NCBI GenBank assembly: GCA_963713825.1
Contig: CAVQNG010000013.1
Coordinates: forward strand, 1 to 33,341
Length of the DNA stretch: 33,341 nt
Direction: 5' to 3'
Source: an uncultured Acidobacteriota bacterium
Lineage (GTDB): Bacteria > Acidobacteriota > Thermoanaerobaculia > Multivoradales > JAHEKO01
Shown in pieces: positions 27,428 to 33,341 of the stretch. Each line of letters starts with the position of its first letter. Positions within the stretch are counted from its first letter, which is position 1. A model generated the notes under the pieces. The model ran no database searches, was not told where the DNA came from, and saw nothing but the letters and a program-made list of their open reading frames with translations. The position numbers were made by a program, and so were the translations under genes.

Positions 27428-27542
27428 GGAGAAGGGTGAGAAGCCCTTGACTGGAGAGCGTCGGTCGATTGAAATAGGGCCCCCAATCGGCAGCAGTCCC
27501 CTGGGGATGCCTCGATCTCAAAGGAGAAAGGAGACTATCGTT

Positions 27543-29069
27543 TTGCGACACTGGAAGAAAGTCACGGGTTGGACCCTGCTCACGGCCTTCTTTGCAGTCG
27601 GCACCCTGTTGGCTCAGGATCCCGTCCGTCATTTGCAGTTCATGGTGGGGGAGAGGGCGACGATTCTCGATCAGGTCGAACGGCAGGGTTACTCCTACGT
27701 TCGAGGTACGAAAGAGGGCGGCAGCTCCTACACCTACTACGAGGATCAGCGCTCGGATCAGTGCATCGTTGCGCGGACCCTCGATGGCAGGGTCGCCTCC
27801 ATCGTCTACGCGCCGGAATTCGATTGCAACAATCAGCAAGGTGGAGACAGCGGCTGGGGGAGTGGCAGCTCTTCGTACGGCGCGACCCTCTACCGTGACC
27901 TCAATTTCTCGGGTACGAGTCAGAGCTTCAGCGATGACGTCTCCGACCTGCGTGGTTCTTACGTCGGCAATGACACGGTGACCTCCGTACGAGTCAGCCG
28001 CGGCTGTCGGGCCCGTCTCTACGCCGACGCCAGCTACCGCGGGGCCTACCTCGAAGTCGATCGCGATATCTCCGATCTACGCGGCACGCGGGTTGGCAAC
28101 GACTCGGTCACCTCGGTGCAGGTGAGCTGTAACGGTGGCGGTGGTGGTTGGGGCGGTGGCAGTGGCAGCGCTGGTGGCAGCTCTTCGTACGGCGTGACCC
28201 TCTACCGGGACTTGAATTTCTCGGGAACCAGCCAGACCTTCACAGAAGACAGCTCCGATCTGCGCAGCTCCTATGTCGGCAACGATAACGCTACCTCGGT
28301 GCGCGTCAGTCGGGGCTGTCGGGCGAGGCTGTACGCCGATGCGAATTACCGTGGCGCCTACCTGGAGGTGGACCGTGACATCTCGGATCTGCGCGGCACC
28401 CGGGTCGGTAACGACACGGTGAGCTCGGTGCAGGTGCGCTGCGATGGGAGTAGCAGTGGCGGTGGCTGGGGTGGCGGTAATCCCAGCTACGGGGTGACGC
28501 TCTACAGGGACCTGAACTTCCAGGGAAGGGGCGAGAGTTTCAGCGAAGACGTTGCCGATCTGCGCAGCTCGTACGTCGGCAGCGATACGACGACGTCGGT
28601 ACGGGTTGGCCAGGGCTGTCGGGCCCGGCTGTATGCCGATGCCAACTACCGGGGCGCCTATCTCGAGGTGGACCGCGACATTTTGGATCTGCGGGGCACC
28701 CGCGTCGGTAACGATACAGTGAGCTCGGTGCAGGTGCGCTGCGAGGGAGGTGGTGGTGGATGGGGTGGGGGAAGCGAAAGTGGTTGGGGTGGCGGGAGCT
28801 CGAGCTACGGCGTGACGCTGTACCGCGACCTGAACTTCTCAGGCGCGAGCCAGACCTTCAGCGACGACGTCTCCGACCTTCGTGGCTCCTATGTCGGCAA
28901 CGACAACGCTACCTCCGCGCGGGTCAGCCGGGGCTGCCGCGCACGTCTCTATGCCGACGCCAACTACCGTGGTGCCTATCTCGAGGTGGACCGCGATGTC
29001 TCGGACCTGAGAAACACGCGGGTCGGCAACGATACGGTGACTTCGGTGCAGGTGCGCTGCGATCGCTGA
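27543..29069 (+). CDS. Secreted beta/gamma-crystallin (protein S-like) repeat protein, 4 domains with Gly-rich linkers
   Basis: 4x LYRDLNFSG..GND..TSVRV..LYADANYRG..GNDTVSSVQV; N-D-x-x-T/S-S Ca-binding motifs; likely TTG start at 27543 after AAGGAG (ORF track starts at 27426). Confidence 0.88.
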   Translation: MRHWKKVTGWTLLTAFFAVGTLLAQDPVRHLQFMVGERATILDQVERQGYSYVRGTKEGGSSYTYYEDQRSDQCIVARTLDGRVASIVYAPEFDCNNQQGGDSGWGSGSSSYGATLYRDLNFSGTSQSFSDDVSDLRGSYVGNDTVTSVRVSRGCRARLYADASYRGAYLEVDRDISDLRGTRVGNDSVTSVQVSCNGGGGGWGGGSGSAGGSSSYGVTLYRDLNFSGTSQTFTEDSSDLRSSYVGNDNATSVRVSRGCRARLYADANYRGAYLEVDRDISDLRGTRVGNDTVSSVQVRCDGSSSGGGWGGGNPSYGVTLYRDLNFQGRGESFSEDVADLRSSYVGSDTTTSVRVGQGCRARLYADANYRGAYLEVDRDILDLRGTRVGNDTVSSVQVRCEGGGGGWGGGSESGWGGGSSSYGVTLYRDLNFSGASQTFSDDVSDLRGSYVGNDNATSARVSRGCRARLYADANYRGAYLEVDRDVSDLRNTRVGNDTVTSVQVRCDR

Positions 29070-29184
29070 CCTCCGGGGGTCTCTCCGGATCGTGGCCCTC
29101 GGCTCCGCCGAGGGCCCTCTTGTTTCTCCATGAAACGGGTTCCTCTCTGGTTCGGCTTGTGAGGTTGGCTAGAATTCCTCCTGC

Positions 29185-30870
29185 ATGCTGCGCTTTTTGC
29201 GCCTCACCGTCATCGCAGGGGCTACCGGCTCGTTTCTCTGTACTGGGACGCCGGCCGTCCAAGCTTCGTCGTTGAGGTTCGACGACCGCAGCGCGGGTTC
29301 GGGTCTGGAGATCGTCACATATTCGGGCAGCGTCGAGAAGCCGCACATCCTGGAGTCGGACGGCAACGGCGTCTTGGTGCTGGACTACGACGGCGATGGG
29401 TACCAGGATCTCTACTTCGTGGCGGCGTTCAGGATTCCAAGGCGCGACGAAGCGGAGGAGGAGCGGAGCGCTCTCTACCGCAATCTCGGCAACGGCACCT
29501 TCATCGAAGTGAGCCGTCAGGCCGGTGTCGGGGCTCGCGTCTACGGTCACGGTGGCTGTGTCGGGGATTACAACGCCGATGGGCTTCCCGACATCTACCT
29601 CACCGCCTACGGCGACAACATTCTCTATCGCAACAATGGCGACGGCACTTTCACCGCCGTGACGGACGCGGCCGGCGTGGCAGAGCCGGCATGGAGCATC
29701 GGGGCGACTTTCCTCGATGCGGATGGCGACGGCGATCAGGATCTGTACGTCGGCAACTACATCGTCGCTCCATGGGAAGAGATCCTGGCAGCCCGACGAA
29801 CGCGCCGTTGGCGGGGCAAGGTGGAAGTGATGGACGGGCCCAGGGGGCTCGTCGAGGCTCCCAACACCTTCTACTTGAATCGGGGTGATGGAACCTTCGA
29901 GGACGCAACTGAATCCTCCGGCCTTGCTGAGGGTCGCCTCGGCTACACCATGGGTGTTGCCAGCTTCGATTACGACAACGATGGTGCCCCAGACATCTAT
30001 GTGGCCAACGACAGCACAGCCAACCGCCTCTACAAGAACCATGGCGACGGTACTTTCGAGGAAGTCGGCACCTGGACTGGGAGCTCCTACAACGCCGATG
30101 GGCGGGTGCAGGGAAGCATGGGCGTCCACTACGGCGACTACGACGGTGACGGCTGGTTCGATATCGGGGTCACCAATTTCGCTCTCGACTACTACGCCCT
30201 GTACCGCAACCTGGAGGGTGAGCTGTTCCAGGACGAGTCTTTCAACTCCCAGCTCGCAGTGACGAGCTTCGCGCCTCTGGGATGGGGTGTCCTGTTCTTC
30301 GACGCGGACAACGATCGGGATGTGGATCTCTACTTCTCGAACGGGCACATCTACCCGCAAGTGGATGAGGACGATTCCCTCGGCGAAACCTACCGCCAGC
30401 ACAACCAGCTGCTGCTGAACGAGGCCGGCAAATTCCACGATGTGAGTGGCGAGGCCGGCGATGCGTTCGAGGTGAAGCTATCAAGCAGGGGAGCTGTCTT
30501 CTTCGATCTGGAGAACGACGGTGACCTGGATCTCGCAGTGAGCAATCAGGACGAGAAGCCCAACCTCTTCGTGAACAGCTCGCCGCCCAGTTCTTGGCTC
30601 CGTGTCGATCTGCGTCAGGCTGCGGGCAACCGCCGTCCTCTGGGCTCGAGAGTCGAGGTGGAGGTCGAGGGGTCGAAGCAGATCCGCGAAGCTACCTCCG
30701 GTGGCTCGTACGCTTCAGAGCTCGATCCGCGACTCCATTTCGGTTTGGGCTCGGCAACGAAGGTCGATCGGATGTCAGTCCGTTGGCCGGATGGGCGGCG
30801 GTCTGCATTCGTGGATCTTCCAGCAAATCGGCAGGTGGTGATCTGGCGGCCGGAGGGGCAGGTCGAGTGA
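29185..30870 (+). CDS. CRTAC1 / ASPIC-UnbV family protein (FG-GAP/VCBS repeats)
   Basis: DYDGDGYQDLYF, LYRNLGNGTF repeats, MGVHYGDYDGDG, C-terminal SGGSYAS..RLHFGLG..VRWPDG. Confidence 0.92.
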   Translation: MLRFLRLTVIAGATGSFLCTGTPAVQASSLRFDDRSAGSGLEIVTYSGSVEKPHILESDGNGVLVLDYDGDGYQDLYFVAAFRIPRRDEAEEERSALYRNLGNGTFIEVSRQAGVGARVYGHGGCVGDYNADGLPDIYLTAYGDNILYRNNGDGTFTAVTDAAGVAEPAWSIGATFLDADGDGDQDLYVGNYIVAPWEEILAARRTRRWRGKVEVMDGPRGLVEAPNTFYLNRGDGTFEDATESSGLAEGRLGYTMGVASFDYDNDGAPDIYVANDSTANRLYKNHGDGTFEEVGTWTGSSYNADGRVQGSMGVHYGDYDGDGWFDIGVTNFALDYYALYRNLEGELFQDESFNSQLAVTSFAPLGWGVLFFDADNDRDVDLYFSNGHIYPQVDEDDSLGETYRQHNQLLLNEAGKFHDVSGEAGDAFEVKLSSRGAVFFDLENDGDLDLAVSNQDEKPNLFVNSSPPSSWLRVDLRQAAGNRRPLGSRVEVEVEGSKQIREATSGGSYASELDPRLHFGLGSATKVDRMSVRWPDGRRSAFVDLPANRQVVIWRPEGQVE

Positions 30871-32930
30871 GCATCCTCCTCAAAAGGAAGCTGCTTGCGC
30901 TTTGTTCGGCTGTCCTGGTTTGGGCGCTGTCATCTGGTACGGCGCTGGCCCAGCCGCCTCAGACCGGATCCGGCCCTCCGGCCGGAAACCTCCAGAGCCG
31001 ACTGCAGAAGGCTACAGGGCTGATGCAGAGCGGTGAGAGTGAGGCAGCAGAGGCGGAGCTGCAGGCGATTCTCGAAGTCGCTCCCAAGCATGGTCCCGCC
31101 AACCTCATGCTGGGACAGATCCGTCTGCAGCGTGGGGATCTGGATGCCGCTCGAGGCAATTTCGAGATAGCGGTGGGTTCGAAGGTGCGGCGGCCCTACC
31201 TGGCCTGGTACCTTCTCGGTCGTAGCCAACTCGAGTCGGGTCAGCCCGAGGAGGCTTTGGAGTCCTTTGGGAGAGCTCTGGAGAACACGCCGCAATTCGG
31301 TCCAGCCCTCCTGGCTCGATCCAAGGCAGCGATCCGGCTTGGCGACCTGGAGCAAGCTGCTTCGGATCTGGATAAGGCCCGCAGCCTCGAAGGCTCGGGG
31401 GTGGAAGCAGCTCTCCTGCAGTCAGGGGTACTTCTGGCGCAGGGGCGGGAGGACGAAGCAGCGGCGCTACTCGAGCCCCTGGCGGAGACAGCGGCGGATT
31501 CCAGCGAGAGTCAGGCCGCCCGAATGCTCCTGCTCAGTCTGGGTGGCGCAGAGGAAGTGCAGCTGCTGCGTCGGTTGGTAGGGGAAAATCTGCAGCTCGC
31601 CAGGAGCTATCTGGCTCTTGGCCTGGCTGAGATGCGAGTGGGGGAGACCGAGAGAGCTGCCAACGCCCTTCGAATCGCCCTGGAGATCGACGACCAGGAC
31701 CCGGTGCCGTGGCTACTCCTGCAATCGATATCTGACGATCCGAGCCTGACTTCATATCCCGAATTCTTCCCCGACCTCGAAGGCAAGCTCGAAAGGGCCC
31801 GCAACCCCCAGGTGACGGGAGCATCGGTGGAGGCCGAGGCCGAGTCCATCCTGGGAGAGAGGCCGTTCCATGTGCCAGCGCGCTTGACTCTCGTTCTGGA
31901 TGCCGAGGCGCGTGAGGATTCGTGGACGGCTCTCACCGGCTACCGCCAGCTAGTGGAGTGGCTGCCGGGGATCCCTTCCCTCCAAGCCAGAGCTGCCAGG
32001 GTGGCGCACACCATGGAAGCCGAAGATCTGGCCACTTGCCTTGCCCAGCGTGCGATGAGGTCGATGCCGGAAGAGGCTTCGCTCTACTATCTGCTGGCGG
32101 CCATCGAGTCCGAGGCTGGAGAGTGGGAGGCTTCATCGCAGTCTTGCCGGAAGGCGATCGAGCTTGGATTGGAGGAGGCACCGCTCTATCTGACCCTGGG
32201 ACGGGTCGAGTTCGAACAGATGCACATCGGAGAGTCCATCGCCTCCTATGCCAAGGCCGTGGAGCTGGACGCCGATGCCGATCGAGCCGTTCCCCGGTTC
32301 GCGCTGGCGACGCTCTCCACCGAGGAGTTCGATGCTCTTCGCAGCCTGATGGCGGCCGAACTGGAGCGCGATCCGAATGGCGAGAACACGCTGTACACCC
32401 TCGGCCTGATGAGCCTGCGGGAGAACGAGCTCGAAGCGGCTGTGGAGTACTTCGAGAGACTCTCCGTCCTCTTACCTGACGACACCCAGGTGCAGCACCA
32501 CTTGGGAACCGCGTACATGCGGGCAGGAGAGAAGGAGAATGGCAAGGCTGCTCTGGAGCGGTTCCGAGAGTTGAAGGCGGCCGAAGAGGAGGCCTGGGTC
32601 GAACACAATCAGGCCTACCGCAAGAAGCTCGAGGCTCAGGACGCCACGGCGGCAGGCGATCCGGCAGAGGCACTCAGGATCTACAACGAGCTGGCCTCCG
32701 TTGGGTTGGCGGAGCCGGACGACTATCTCGCCGCCGGGTCGCTCTATCTGCAGACAGGGGACTATGAACGAGCCTACGGTTGGTTCGAGCAGTTCCTCAC
32801 TGCCAATCCCTACAGGCGAGAGGCCCTCGAAGGCCTGAGCGAGGCGGCCGAAGGGCTAGGCCGCACCGAGATTGCCAACCAGGCCCGCGCCCGCGCCGAC
32901 CTCCTCGCCTGGCCCTGCTCAGTCGACTGA
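30867..32930 (+). CDS. Exported tetratricopeptide repeat protein
   Basis: GTG start overlaps the upstream TGA (GTGA); signal peptide ending ALA-Q; many TPR helices. Confidence 0.85.
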   Translation: MSILLKRKLLALCSAVLVWALSSGTALAQPPQTGSGPPAGNLQSRLQKATGLMQSGESEAAEAELQAILEVAPKHGPANLMLGQIRLQRGDLDAARGNFEIAVGSKVRRPYLAWYLLGRSQLESGQPEEALESFGRALENTPQFGPALLARSKAAIRLGDLEQAASDLDKARSLEGSGVEAALLQSGVLLAQGREDEAAALLEPLAETAADSSESQAARMLLLSLGGAEEVQLLRRLVGENLQLARSYLALGLAEMRVGETERAANALRIALEIDDQDPVPWLLLQSISDDPSLTSYPEFFPDLEGKLERARNPQVTGASVEAEAESILGERPFHVPARLTLVLDAEAREDSWTALTGYRQLVEWLPGIPSLQARAARVAHTMEAEDLATCLAQRAMRSMPEEASLYYLLAAIESEAGEWEASSQSCRKAIELGLEEAPLYLTLGRVEFEQMHIGESIASYAKAVELDADADRAVPRFALATLSTEEFDALRSLMAAELERDPNGENTLYTLGLMSLRENELEAAVEYFERLSVLLPDDTQVQHHLGTAYMRAGEKENGKAALERFRELKAAEEEAWVEHNQAYRKKLEAQDATAAGDPAEALRIYNELASVGLAEPDDYLAAGSLYLQTGDYERAYGWFEQFLTANPYRREALEGLSEAAEGLGRTEIANQARARADLLAWPCSVD

Positions 32931-33341
32931 CGCGGATGGGTTGGAGGCTCGTCCGGGTGGCCACGAAAGCGTCCTGGGGCTTGAGACCTGGGTCCTGGGC
33001 GACTCTCTGCTCATCGTTGGATGTACTGGGCCACGCACGAGGCTCTCCCCCGTCGTCCTGGGCCTCCGGCTGGAGACCTCGTACGCGGCCTTGCACCTTT
33101 GTACTCCTAAGCCCTTAAGCCACTATGCCCTCAATGGTGCCCGAGGTTCGTTCGGGTGGTTCGTCAGGGGGTGCCACGTCGAGCGCAGCGCTAGGACCAT
33201 CGCAGAGCACACACGATCCGGCGCGATGACGTGACAAGGTGGCGGCCCGTCCGTTGCAGTCTGAGTAGCCGACGCCGTCCCCTAGGCGAGCCACCTGGAC
33301 GGACCTCCAGACGACTCACTTGCGGTAATAGGTTCAAGGTC

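Noticed and set aside
32960-33125. Short imperfect repeats (CGTCCTGGG...GAGACCT) after the TPR gene
   Set aside because: Only two or three loose copies with no consistent spacing or structure; insufficient for a call

Overview
GC-rich bacterial window, probably Acidobacteriota/Thermoanaerobaculia-like (inferred from gene content only). Two complete three-gene modules, each an ECF sigma factor, a zinc-finger (HxxxCxxC) single-TM anti-sigma and a signal-peptide-bearing TPR-CHAT caspase-like protease, lie at 560-5469 (-) and 17872-22469 (+). They bracket a tandem array of secreted repeat or adhesin-like protein genes. Most array genes carry the same leader: a putative ECF promoter (TGTCAC-N16/17-(C/T)AC(T/C)) followed by a c-di-GMP-I (GEMM) riboswitch. 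I count 7 full-length aptamers (one degenerate), 1 truncated copy and 1 remnant; one aptamer precedes the second sigma gene. The same promoter motif is embedded in the last codons of sigma 1, pointing into its anti-sigma gene. Three cargo proteins end in an 'FxDGFESGDTSAWS' tail and two paralogs end in 'C(C/L)SG(M/L)CHPVKxTCK'. Three cargo genes are broken by frameshifts (sequencing error or decay). The right end holds a HExxH peptidase, a 4x beta/gamma-crystallin protein, a CRTAC1/ASPIC-UnbV protein and a TPR protein. No CRISPR array, tRNA, rRNA or transposase was recognised.
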